64,000 bases of DNA from Torpedo marmorata (Eukaryota): positions 14,260,001 to 14,324,000 of the forward strand of contig OZ360257.1 of assembly GCA_977017645.1 (NCBI GenBank), in the 5' to 3' direction. The position numbers were made by a program, and so were the translations under genes. Each line of letters starts with the position of its first letter. The stretch's first letter is position 1. The notes under the pieces were generated by a model. It did no database searches, was not told where the DNA came from, and worked only from the letters and a program-made list of their open reading frames with translations. Shown here in pieces: positions 51,027 through 64,000 of the stretch.

Positions 51027-51588
51027 CCTCGCTCGGATAGCCAGTATAATGCGGCTGATGGTCAGGGAATGTGGCGCCAAGATAAAGACATAAAGAGCAA
51101 ATGAGTTAAAGACTTTTTACTGCCAGAGAATAACTGCTCAAATTCATAAGGTGTAAAAGCATGATATTACATTGCAGGATAATTCAACGTTATCAATTAC
51201 TTCCCGAGGTTAATAAATAAAATGGTGTTTTTTGCCAAATGTTGAGGAAAATTCCACCGCGCTTTCGCTACAGATGAATTATTTTCAGTGCAATATTTTG
51301 CTTGTAGCGTTTGGTGACAAATAGCAAAAAATCGATCGAACATGAAAGCCACAGTTAGTCACATTGAACCGTCAATGGAAATAAATAACATGGTCAGAAT
51401 AACTCTACAGAGAGAAGTCTGATTGAAGTGTGAATGTGGAAAATACCGATCGTTAATCTCATATAAATTCAATTCATATACAGTTTCACAACTTCTCAGT
51501 CAGCTTCTGCCATTCCCAGCAACCACTGAGTGATGCATTTTGAGAGGCCGTAAATTACATGGAACAGAATGACGTTTGGCAGCAAAGT
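51027..51588 (-). pseudogene. Paralogue B pseudogene, 3'-deleted
   Basis: Same fusion junction as at 38191. Confidence 0.8.
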
Positions 51589-51595
51589 AGTTTCA

Positions 51596-52983
51596 AAACA
51601 TATAACATAGAACATGGAACATGACAGCACAGTACAGGCTATTCGGCCTTCAATGTTGTGCCGATCTGTATATTCCTACCAAGAAAATACTGAAACCTTC
51701 CAAACTTTTAATCCTCTAATTTTCGTTCATCCACGTGCCTGTCTACGAGTCTCTTAAATACCCAAAGTGATTCAGCCCCCACCACCAACCTGGCAAAGCA
51801 TTGCCGGCTCCTCCATCTATTTGTGAATAATTTACCTCTGATATCTCCCCTCAACCTTCCTCCCTTCACTTTGTGCAAACGTCCCCTGGTGTTTGCTATT
51901 CCCTCCCTGCGAAAAGGCGCTTGCTGTCTTCCCTATCTACTGTCTATATTCTTGTAGACTTTGATTAAGTCACCTCTCATCCTTCTTCACTCTAAACAAA
52001 AAAGTCCCTGCTCTACTAACCTTGCCTCGGAAGACATTTTCCAATCCAGGCAATACACTGGTAAATCTCCTCCGCACCCTCCCCACAGTTTCCACATCCT
52101 TCCTATAACGATGTGGCCATAACTGAATACAATACTATAAGTATGGTCTAACCAGAGGTGTGTAGAGTTGCAACATGACATCTATACTATTGAACTCAAT
52201 CTCCCTATTATTGAAACCCAGCATCCCTAGGCCTTCTTAACTATCCTATCAACCTGCGCGGAAACATTGAGAGATCTATGGATTTTAACTTCAAGGTACC
52301 TCTGTTCCTCCACACTCCTAAGTATCCGACCATTAATGCTGTATTCATCAAGGTTTGACCTTCCAGAATGCTTCACAAACTTATCCGGATTGAAGTCGAT
52401 CTGCCACTTTTGCGCTCATCTCTGCATTGTAATCTACGACAAACTTCAACACTAACTGCAGCTCCTCCAACCATTATATCATCTGCAAACCTACTGACAC
52501 ACCCTTCCGCTCTTCATCTCGGTCATTAATAAAATGCACAAAGAGCAGGGGTTCTAGAAAAAATCCTTGCGGAACTCCACTGGTCACTGACTTCCAGACA
52601 GAATACTTTCTGTGCCGTCCTCTGCTTTCTACAGGCAAGCCAATTTTTTATCCACACAGCTGAGATTCCGTGGATAGAATGCCTGATGTCTTTCTGACCG
52701 AGTCTTTCATGGGGAACCTTGTCAAACGCCTTACTGAAATCCATATGTACCTTGTCTAAAGCACATTTTTCTCAATATATTTTGTTATCTCCTCAGAAAA
52801 TGCAAAGAGGCTCATGAAGCACGACCATCCCCTCACAAAGCCATGCTTATGTCTCTCAGACGACTGTACTTCTCCAAATGCTCATAAATCGTGTCCTAAA
52901 GAATCCTCTCCCATAGTTTTCACACCAGTGACGTAAGCCTCACCTGTCGGTTATTCTCAGGATACTCTCTATTACCCTTTTTA
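51596..52983 (-). mobile_element. CR1 LINE RT fragment
   Basis: MDFSKAFDKVPHERL motif. Confidence 0.9.
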
Positions 52984-53297
52984 GAGATTGAGATTAATAA
53001 TGTTCTCTGATCTGAAGGCAGAACAGCAGACACTTCGTGATTTGCTGCAATTATATTATTATTGAACCACGTTTCTCTGGTAGTTTTAAGAGTGTGGCAT
53101 AAGCGCGATGAGACTTCATGTTTGCTCTACTTAGACTTGTGCGCATTTACTTTAATAACGTTGATGTCATATGGAAGCCGAGATCAGATCCATCTCTTCT
53201 GAAAAGAGGGTCAAACTTGACCTTACTGAGCTGAACTTCAAGCATGGCCCTGAGGCAAAGTATCGTCCCGAAAACTCCACTATCGCTGCCACCCGCC

Positions 53298-53344
<47 letters not shown>

Positions 53345-55314
53345 AAACACACACAAAACACAAACACACACATACAGAAACACAAACACAAACACACACA
53401 AAACATAAACACATACATACAGAAACACACACACACACACGCTGTTCAATCCGCTGAGTCCCCCCAATAGTTTGACTTTCTGGCACTGTGGAAGAAAGGT
53501 TTCCACACGCAAAGGAAAACCTCCATTCAGCCGGGGTGGGGGGGGCGTTTAAAAGTGCTTCGGATAAGTAGATGGGGAGGGTTAGAGGCACAATCTTCAC
53601 ACAGAGAGTAATGGGTGCATGGAATTCACTGCTGGCAACTGTTTTAGAGGCAGGTGCAATAGGATATCTTTAGAGACGAGCATATTGGTGCATGGAACAG
53701 AGAGAAAATGAGCGTTATACAGGACGGAAATTCTCGGAATTCTTGGAAGCGGAGATTATCAGGTTGGCATAAAACTATGGCTCAAATGGCCTATACTACG
53801 TTGAAGATTTCTATATTCTATATTCAATATTCCATCATGAACTATTACCTTCTGTTACGAGGCAAACATTGAATCCGAATTTCCAAATTGCCTTTGATCC
53901 CTTGAACTGTGGACCAGTGCATTATTTAGACATACAGCACTGTAACAGGCCTTTCTGGCCCACAGTCTGTGCCGCTCAAATAACCCAATAAAGATACGTT
54001 TTAAAGGGTGGGAGGAAACCGGATCACCCGGAGGAAACCCACGCAAACACATGGAGAACGAACAAACTCCTCACAGACAGGGCCGGGTTCGAACCCGGGA
54101 CACTGGCCCTGTAAATGTGTTGCACTAACCGCTACGCTAACCGTGCAAGCCCATTGTCTGGATATTTGACAGGGTCGTACCGAAATTCGTGTCAACTTCA
54201 TGAACTGCAGTACTCTCATCGATACATTGAGCTGTTCCTCGAAACAAACATAAAATTGGTTGTATATAATCTGCCAACAACAAAGCTATGCTATCTCCCC
54301 TTAATCAATCCCCTTCTCTCCAACTGCGGATTCATCCTGGAACTCGGAATTATTTTCAATTTTCTTTGCAAATGCTGTTCTTGTTGTTACCTTTGATTTA
54401 TAGTATTTCTTTCATGATCTTGTTGCACATTATACTTGGTGGAAGTTAAAAATCAGACGACGAATAATGCCCAATTCCTCCAAATAATTATGGATCATTT
54501 TCGTTGCTAGGATGGTATTGCAGCCTGGTTTTGTTCGAGATCTACAACTGTCTGGAGAACTGGGAAGCTCCATGTAGCTGCTGCTTGTACTTGGAACACA
54601 CAGGCTGCTCTGATCCTGCTGTCTCAAATCCTTTAGCTGGAGGTAATTCGAGGAAACAAAAGCCACCAGACTGTTTCTTGAATTTAACGTGAGCGGCGGA
54701 AAATCTCTTTGAAATAAAGCAATGTAGCGCACATACCTTCCTTATATTGGATCGGCATGCGGGGATCTTTTCTGAGTGGTTGACTTCCATTAAAAATTAT
54801 TTCGCCACGTGCAGAGCTAAACCATTAGCTATTTTCCATTAATTCCCTCAATTTTATGTCACCACATTTTGATGCAGTATATTAAAAATCGAAATGCAAC
54901 ACGAATACTTGGGAGTTGTTTCTATAAATTTGGGAACTTACGTCAGCAAAAGCAACGCGTTTATTCAATGGACAAGAGCATTGCGCCGGTTGGAGAAGCT
55001 GTGCCTTAAAATGTATTATATGTATGACGTAAATATGTATTATTTGTCTGTATGTGTGTTATGTCTGGTTGTATGTCTGCATGTTTTGCACCTACACCAG
55101 AGAACGCAGTTTCTTCGGGTTGTACTTGTACAATCAGATGACAAAAAACTTGACTTGAAAACTCGAGTATGAAAAGAAGTTTTAGCAGATGTTACATGGC
55201 TTACGATGTACACCAAGTATTCTAAGAATAGGATTGTTATTTTTTTCGTTCTCTAAAATTACTGTTCGCTCCATGATTGGACAGATTAGATGCAGTTGCG
55301 CCATTAGTTTAATG

Positions 55315-55688
55315 CAGAGGTTTTCAAACTTTTTCTTCACACTCACACACCACATTAAGTTATCCCTTTGCCATAGTTGCTCTGTGATTAGTAAGGGATT
55401 ATTTAAGGTGGTATGTGAGTGGAAATAAAAAGTTTCAAAACCACTGTTTTAATCATACCTCGTTGACTCGTTATGTGCACGGCTTCATCACTCCAAAGGA
55501 AATGGGCCAATGACAATTTTTATTAAGCAAAATATTTCAGTAACAATTAGGTCTGGAGCAGTGGTTCTCAATCTTTTTTCCCCACTCACATACCAATTTA
55601 AGTAACCCTTACTAATCACAGAGCACCGATGCCACAGTGATTATTTAAGGTGGTATGTTAGTGGAAAGAAAAAGTTTGAAAACCACTG
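55315..55688. mobile_element. hAT-like double-palindrome MITE
   Basis: Copy of 5579-5952. Confidence 0.78.
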
Positions 55689-58600
55689 GCTTCATGGAAT
55701 TCACAGCAATGCCTGACTTATAAATAAAGTAAACCTGACACATAATGACACATGAACACGAAATTATTGTCATTAGTCGCAGATTTTCATTGGAGCAAAC
55801 AGATTAAATAAAGTCATAACTGCTGATGTCGATCAGGAAGACGAATCATTCCAAACAAAATATATCCACATCGCATTATTATAGTGACGATGTGTATTTA
55901 TAGATTCGTGAAGGAACCAACAAACCCGAGACCTTGTGATGATTTGCCTGTTCCTTAGTATTGTTTAAATTCACACTGTTGGAATCTTAAAAAGTACTAT
56001 ATCATTTTGCCTTTGGGTTAGAAATATAATTGTTCTGAAATCCACACAAAAATCAGATCAAATAATTCGGATGAAAAATAGCAAATTGAAATTGATTTTC
56101 CGAATTCTCCCACAAATTGTTCACATTATTTCTTTGGGCTTCTTAAATTTGTCAACAGCTATCGACGTTTGTGCCAATAAATTGGCGATTTAACTTGCAT
56201 AACAACGTAGAACTACTGCAAATAATATTTTCAGCATTATGAACCCTGCCTTTGGAAGGGAAAATCTTGAAAATCAGAATTTGTGTCTTATTCTTTTTCA
56301 AAATAACTTACTCGATCTTCTTCGCTGAGCGGCACAGTTAGCGTAGCGGTTATGCAACCCTGTTACAGCGCCAGCGATTGGGACTGGGGATCGAATCCCA
56401 CGCTGACTGTGAGGAGTTTTTACGTTCTCCCCGTGTCTGCGTGGGTTTTCCCAACGGACTCCGGTTTGCTCCCACCCTTCAAACGTACTGGGTGTATAGG
56501 TCAATTGGGTGTGATTAGGTGGCATGGGCTTGTGGACCGAAAGTGGTTGTTATCGTGCTGTACGTCTACATTAAAAAATAATCATCTAAATTTAAATTTA
56601 AAAGTTAAAGCATGCTACTTAGATATTGTCGGTCGTTCTCACAGTGTAGGTGATCAGCACCTGCATTATGCATGTGCTTGCAGCCAACGCGATGGCGCCG
56701 TGTGGAAGGAGCACGGTGTTCAGTACTTCCGTTACCGGGCATTGAGGGGCCGGGACCGGAGGGGAAGCCTCAATCACCAGTTGGGGGAGCATCGGCCAGG
56801 TGGCAAACGTGCTTAAAAGAGAACGACTTTAACAATGTAGAGTGATGCCTATCTATGGATATGACACAAATGCCGCGATAAGACTGAAGGGTTTTATTTT
56901 ATAAATTATTTTATTGGTAATAATGTTTAGTTTTGATAAAAGTATTTGAAAATTCCACAGAGCGCCCATTGGTTCGTTCAAATGTATGGCGTACCGCTCA
57001 ATGGCGACTTTGCTCGATTTAAAAAAAACCTTGTCAGTTTTGCAGTTAGATAAAAGATAAATGAAAACATCCCTGGATATTAGTGCAATACACAATAGTG
57101 CTGGAGTAATTCAGGATGTATATATCTTTCCTTCCAATGGACGTTGCATGAGATGCTGAGTTTATTCTGTACCTTTGTGTATTGCACTGCAATCACAGCA
57201 TCGGCAGAATTATGTAGAATTCCCTGCGTATTAATTGTGATGCAAGACTCAGCAGAGTTCTAATTTTAACATGATACCTCAAGTATCAGACCGGCTTTCA
57301 AAGCCTTAGACTGACATGACTGATATAGAAACAGCGCTTGTCCACGAGACATAGCACTACTCCGAAGGGTTCCAATGCCCGGTCCTAATGCCGGCTGACA
57401 CGTACAGGATTTAAAATGGACGATAAAGGGTCCGACTGTATTTGTAAGTAAAATCATGTACCCTCGGGGTCTGTCACCAAGACAGTGACGCCTCGGCTCG
57501 GCAGCGGCCACGACGAGTTTCGGACCCCGGGAGAGTAGGAAGTTAGAAACCGTACCCGAGGGAAGCCCTTTCAGGCTCTACTGTTCTATGTTCTGTATTG
57601 TTATGTAATGGGAGTGTCGGAAGATATTCACAGGTGATACCAAATTGAACAAGGGTTCCAGATATTGGCAAGGCGATCTTAGGACTCAAAGGACTGTAAA
57701 CATTGATTATATCGGCTGAATAATTTCACTTTTCGATATTGACGGCCGGGATACGTATCGGCTCACCTCACCACTCAAACCAACAGCGTTTGGACCAGAG
57801 ATGATCAATAAAAGGCCGATGTGCTCAATCATGTTAAGATTGAACACACATATGATTATGGAGCCTAGTGGAAGCAGCACAAGTTTCAAGTATTAACTTG
57901 TTAGGTTTTTGCTGATTCAGGAACTGTTATGCTGGAATGGAGATTTCTGCTCGTCCTCCCACAGTTCATAGTGACGGTTAAGGAAATTAGAACCCATTGA
58001 TGGGAATTCAGCTGTTGAGCAGACGTCCGGGGTAATAAAATAGATCATCACCGAATACGTGAGAGACAACTTCATAAAGGTAATTGAGTCAAGTGCAGCA
58101 CCCAACAGAAATAGTGGCTTCCTTACTGATGTGTTTGGAGAATTATATCTGACTTCACCGCATCCCCGAGAAGAGCAAATCAGATATTAAACGTGATGAA
58201 GGTTTCTGACCCGAAACGTCGATGTATCGTATCTCCACGAATGATGCTCGACCTACTGAGTTCCTCCAGCATATTTCTTTGCTTCATATGCCTGTTTAAA
58301 AAGACAATCTCCTAGATTCCCCTTAAAACTCACCTTAAACTCGTGTCCACTTACTTTTGTTAACCCTGGCATTAGAAATAGGTTTTGAACATCTTCCCTA
58401 TCGGTGACTCTCATCATCTTACTTATATTTCCCAGCTCGTTCCTAAACCCGCTGTGCTCCAGGGAAAATTGGCCCCTTCCTATTAAGCACCTTCCACAGC
58501 TCGTCCTCCTTTCCAGGCAACATCCTGGTGAATTTTCTGCAACAACGCCGGTCCAATCACATAAATAGTGTGGCGACCAGAACTGCAAACTATACTTCAA

Positions 58601-59758
58601 GTACAGTCTGAACAGTGTTTGTGAAATTCGAGATCCTATATATTATCCTCGAACTAGGAAGGCACCATCACCCTAAAAAACGTGTTGCTGCTTTCAGGCA
58701 ACTATGAATTCAGACCCCCATGTCCCTCTGTTCATCACGTGTCCTTCCTGATGGAACATTTAGTGCATATGCCGTGCATTATTTGCAGTTGTCAGTATAA
58801 AATTGCAGCTGGCAACGCACAGCCCAAGTTTTCACCTGATCTATATCCTGCCGAAATTGAAGATTCAATTTTATTTTATTGTTATGCTATAATACAGAAC
58901 ATTAAATATGACACGACCTGTGTTTGGGATACTTCCTTTTTAAAAATTGAATAAGAAAAGAATTTGCAAATGCTTGACCCGATGACGTTCGATTCTGCTC
59001 TCCAGCGGAATTCCCTTAAAAGATCTGGCACAGACGACCAGGCCTGCTGAGAAATCTCTGCGTTTTCTGTATTTGTCCCAAGATAGTGAAATTATGTCTC
59101 CTTTGTTCAGTACCAACTGAACTCTCTCTCTATCTCTCCCTCTCCCCTCTCTCTGTCTCTGTCTGTCTGACTCTCTCTCGATCTCTAACACACTCTCTCT
59201 CTCTCTGTCTCTCTCTCTCTCGCTGAATCACTCTCCCACTCTCTCTGTCTCTCTCTCTCGCTCCCTCTCTCTCTCCATTTCGCTCTCTCTCTCTCTCCAT
59301 TTCGTTATCTCTCTCGTACTCTCACTTTATCTACTTCTCTGTAACTCTGCACTTTTTAGTTGCGTCTCACTCCTTCTTCGATGTATGAGATGCCAACTGG
59401 TATGTTGTAAAAAAATCAAATCAAAAAACACTCTCGTGAGGTCTTCGTACATGCAACAAAAAACCTGAATTCAAATTTGAAATATTGATTAACCTGGGCA
59501 AAATGTGATTCATGCAGTACGTCGTTGAACGTTTCATTCAATTGTTTGGACATTTACAATGGCCAGATATCCAGTAGTCGCCTAATTTGCGGATGGCCTC
59601 CATTTAGCAGTACAGGAGGACACGTCCCGAAATGTTGGTGTGGGAATGGTGTGTGTGGTTGGCTTTTTTTACGGGGCTTATGTTACAGGGAATTATTAAT
59701 AAAAAGGACGAGATTCGACATTGGAAGCGAACTGAGGAACAGGGCCATGATCTCTGAT

Positions 59759-62265
59759 TCATTGTGGCTGCGTCATTGGTTTTAAAAACCGTACAAGGGC
59801 AATAAATGGATGTTTTGCCACCTTCTTCACCTCCTCCCGGAATCTCCTCTGTGTCATTGCATAAACACAAGTGTTTGTACAGCAGCTCAAATACATCAGC
59901 AGAATCGCGATTCTAATTGCCAGAAGCAGTGACTTCGGGGCGTCGATGGAAAAACTTGAGGTGAGATGGAAGTATTGGTCAATTATCGTAACCGGTGTCC
60001 ACAACGCTATGAAGGTACCAGAAATGGCGAAGAGCAATATAATGGACGTTCTCCGTTTCGTCATCTCGTGATCAAATACCTGACCGTCCCCACGGCTCTT
60101 CAAAGCCTTCCGAGCTCTGCTGACAAGTAAAATGTGTCGGACGGTGAGAGAATTCAACAGCAACATCAGCAGCAGCGGCACCAGTGGTACCATAAGTTTA
60201 GACAACCATCTGTAAGTCTGCCATGCTGGTGAAGAAATATATCGTGTTATAGTACGGCAGCCCCATTGGACATCACCCGCAATGTAATGGGGTTGATACC
60301 GGAAATAAGCTGGAATGTGCATCAAAAAGCTCAGCACACACACAGTCGTAAGAACTACCGTGGCGTTTATTTCGGTACAATATTTTGTTTTGAATTGCTG
60401 GCAACAAATGGCAATGAAGCGGTCCACTGTGAACGATACCGTGGCCCAGACAGAAAATTGCACGCTGGATTTCTGTATGAAGTCTGTAAGACGACAAGTG
60501 GAGGTATGTGCCAGGAATGAATGAGGAAAATGATAGCCTAAGACGAATATCACTGTAACGTTAAACACACAGACCATTGTGTCTGCAACTGCCATGGTTA
60601 CCATGTAACGAGTCACTCCTTTGGAGAGGCCGCGCATTCCCCGTGACAGGACCACAATCGAGAGCAGGTTACCTGTAACAAGATGGAAAACCAGGAAATT
60701 ACCAGAAAAACAAGTCAACATCTTTAACGTGATTTTTACAATGGAATCTTTGGGAATAACCTAATCGAAACATTTGTCTGTTCCTGTAAATTATGCAGTT
60801 GCCAACATTACATTGGCACTACAGAATGGAAAGAGCAACAACGCTTTCACTACCTCAGAAGCTGAGGAATTTCGGCATGCCCCCGTTGACCCTGTCCGTT
60901 GTGTGCAGATGAACAATAGAAAGTGTCCGGTACGGGTGCATCACAGATTGGAGTGGAAACTGCTGAGCTCGGAGTCTCAAGAAACCACGGAGAGTAATGA
61001 ACGCAATTCAGTGTTATCAATAATCCAATCCCCCGTCCATCGACTTCGTCCATATCTCCCGCCGTCTCCCGGATAAATAATCCCTGCCGCCGGGCAGAAG
61101 AAGCACGAGTTTGGAAGAATAGCACCCAACCAGATTCAAGGGCACATGCATTCCTGCTGGCAGGCTGTTGAATAGACCTCTCATGAGTAAAAGGTAATGA
61201 CTTGCATAGCTTAACAGCACTCCTGTCTTTAGCACGTCATGTTGTACTTTATTGTAACACTATCATCTGTACTATTTCTATCCTTGCGCTGCCTGCTGTA
61301 TTTTATATGGCTTGATTTGCCTGGATAGCAGGCAAAATAACGCCTTTTCACTTTTCCCCGGATACGTGACGATAAACAGTTCAAATCTATGCGTTCAGTT
61401 ATGGTTGCCTCCTTATAGGAAATATATGGATGCTCTGGAGAGTGTGCAAAGGTGTTGCCTGGATTGCAGAACCTATCATATGAAGGAAGGTCGACAGAGC
61501 TAGGGCTTTTCTCTGCAGCGATGAAGGGGAAGAGGTGAATTATTGGGGGTAGACAACATCATGAGGGGTTTAGATGTGGTGAACAGCAAACAACAACATG
61601 CTGTATCATGAAGGAACGTAGGCATTCCTTATGTTGTTGTCGCAAAGTTCAAATGAGTTGGTGTCTCTGGTACAGCAGGTTACGTGCTGGTGATATTTGC
61701 GCAGGGCTTTCTTAAGACAGGCCTGATGAAAGTCAACGACTGTGACTGGAAGTGTCTCGGGGTGGGCCTGTTTACTGACCAGGTCATGCAGCTCCGCAAG
61801 TGCCCGTTTGTAATTGGTGTCGGGAAGGAGATAAACTCGGGTGAGAATAACTGATGAGAAACCTCGGGGAACATTGAAGAGTTTTCATTTGATCGATATC
61901 TGCTCTCCGCCACTGGAGGAAGATTTCGATAGAACACCAACGTCCGTGCACCATCCGATATTAACAGGAAAGCAAACACTGTGCCCTGTCACTTTGCCAG
62001 AATCCATGTCCCAGTCCAGCCTGTGAATGGTTAAAACCTCTGGTCGGATCACAGCGTTATTTGTGTTTTCTGTTAGCCAGGATTCGCAGCAGCAAACAAC
62101 TGAGATTTGTCTCAACTGTCTCTGATATAGCAGCATTGCCCAGAGGTCTTCGGTTTTATTTTTTAGTGACTGGACATTGTCTAACTTCAACAACCTCAGG
62201 TCAAAAGATTCTTTAAATACTGGCAGAGCGACGACGGCTGAACAACTTTCTGTGAGTGTATGTGT

Positions 62266-62342
<77 letters not shown>

Positions 62343-62502
62343 TGTATACCTTTATATACATACGCACGCACAAACGGGATACTCATCCGTAATACGGACA
62401 ACCAGAAAACACTCGGCGGAGATCGCAGCAAAATCACTTACCAGGAATGCCGACAATTGCAATAATGTGATAGAAGATATCCGTGGCTTTCATTCGTGGC
62501 AT
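59759..62502 (-). CDS. GPR139/GPR142-like class A orphan GPCR, copy A5 (intact, ~324 aa); join of exons 62442-62502 and 59759-60672
   Basis: Same structure as A3/A4. The translation is identical to A4. Confidence 0.9.
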
Positions 62503-63687
62503 CGTTTGAGGATAATGCGGTTTCTCTACAGCACATGTGAATATGTGAAAACGAAGAGTTTCACTGTGAAGCCTAATTTATAGGAGAGTCGTTCTCCTGG
62601 GACACTAACTTGCATAACACCTCCACATACTCGATTTAACAAAGACTATCAGTTCATTCTAACTTAATGACCTGAGATCACTCCGCCCAGAGTAACTAAC
62701 ACTAGTTATTGTAATAAACAAGGTTCAGGTGCGAGCTCGCTGCATCACCTGACGTGGAACCGTGACACTGGAGTGTCGCGTTCATCTATCTCCATTTGCT
62801 TCGCTTTAACCTCGTCCCTGGGGTACGTGTTCGCAATTCTCTCCTTTGTTTGTTCCCAATGATCCTGATTATCACACATATTTTCCTTTTTATCATTATA
62901 CACCTGAAAATAACTTTATTCCAATGAGTTTTCAAAAGTTCATCAGTCGGTCTGACCAGATGGTTTGTTTTCACACGTCGACTGCCATGCTAGCTTGACT
63001 GAAGATTTATTTAAAATATACAGACACTTAGCGCATGACGCCCGTGCTGCCAAATTACATCCAATGAACATGCCAATTCCATACTTTTTTTCGTGAGTGG
63101 GAAGAAACCAGAGTACCCTGGGAAACCGAGCAGTTCACGAGGGAAAGCAATAAAACTCCTTCCAGGGCAGCGCTGTATTTGAACCCGCGTCGCTGACGCT
63201 GTGAATGTGTTGCGCTGAACTGTGACGTGAACCGTCCCCCTTGAAATCCTGATTTAATTTTTGTTGCAAACGCCACACAGATCCGAGGAGTGTTTGGATC
63301 GCCTGTGGTGTTTGGGGTAATGCATCAACGCTGAGGGTTGGTTCGAAGGCATCAAGTCCAATCAGAGAATTTCTTTCTGTGCTCTATTTTCTTTGCATTT
63401 GCTAATGATACAACGGTTCACAGTGTTGTCGGGAGTGCAGAAGGCTGTCGTGGGTTATAACGGGATATAGACAGGATGCGGAGTTGGGCAGAGGAGTGGC
63501 AAATTGAGTTCAATACGGTAAAGTGTAGTGCACTTTGGAGGCCGAATCGAAGGCGGAGTGCGTGTTAATGACAGTATTTCTTACAGTTTGGAGGAACTGA
63601 GAGATCTTGGGGTCCATGTTAATACACCCCTCAAGGTTGCTGCGCGAGTTGACGCGCTGGTAAAGAGGGTGTATGGTGGGTTGGCCT

Positions 63688-64000
63688 CCTCGCTCGGATA
63701 GCCAGTATAATGCGGCTGATGGTCAGGGAATGTGGCGCCAAGATAAAGACATAAAGAGCAAATGAGTTAAAGACTTTTTACTGCCAGAAAATAACTGCTC
63801 AAATTCATAAGGTGTAAAAGCATGATATTACATTGCAGGATAATTCAACGTTATCAATTACTTCCCGAGGTTAATAAATAAAATGGTGTTTTTTCCCAAA
63901 TGTTGAGGAAAATTCCACCGCGCTTTCGCTACAGATGAATTATTTTCAGTGCAATATTTTGCTTGTAGCGTTTGGTGACAAATAGCAAAAAATCGATCGA
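63688..64000 (-). pseudogene. Paralogue B pseudogene, 3'-deleted, cut by the window edge (start of a sixth unit)
   Basis: Same fusion junction as at 38191 and 51027. Confidence 0.75.

Larger units (their letters stand above)
1..64000. repeat. Head-to-tail tandem segmental array, ~5 units of 11.7-13.6 kb, each with one GPR139-like gene
   Basis: The marker 'tacacccy(c/t)aaggttg' recurs at ~4, 11661, 23500/24522, 38125, 50961 and 63622. The ORF track repeats with the same spacing, and element order is conserved in every unit. Confidence 0.97.

Noticed and set aside
19632-62502. Assigning the gene symbol GPR139
   Set aside because: These are divergent multi-copy family members, not demonstrably the 1:1 orthologue, so the symbol is left blank.
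1-64000. CRISPR array, prokaryotic defence system, or the 12-kb unit as a giant transposon/endogenous virus
   Set aside because: There is no short repeat-spacer pattern or operon structure, and no unit-terminal TIR/LTR, transposase, helicase or capsid ORF. The units are simply head-to-tail.

Overview
Eukaryotic (vertebrate) genomic DNA, very probably from a cartilaginous fish (shark or ray), judged from HE1/V-SINE-type SINEs and CR1, Rex1/Babar and fish-type L1 LINE fragments. The whole window is a head-to-tail tandem array of about 5 units of 11.7-13.6 kb. Each unit carries, on the minus strand, one two-exon rhodopsin-class GPCR gene of the GPR139/GPR142-like type. Each gene has a tiny exon 1 (N-terminus plus half of TM1, missed by the ORF track), a phase-1 GT-AG intron and a 914-nt exon 2. 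Four copies are intact (321-324 aa) and one has a nonsense codon. Each unit also carries an older, TE-disrupted pseudogene of a second GPR139-like paralogue, a possible SV2/SVOP-like MFS transporter relic, a double-hairpin hAT-type MITE, SINE/LINE fragments and microsatellites. Unit-specific deletions, duplications, an L1 insertion and mosaic haplotypes record active birth-and-death evolution. All family assignments are from motif recognition by eye, with no database search, and TE boundaries are approximate.
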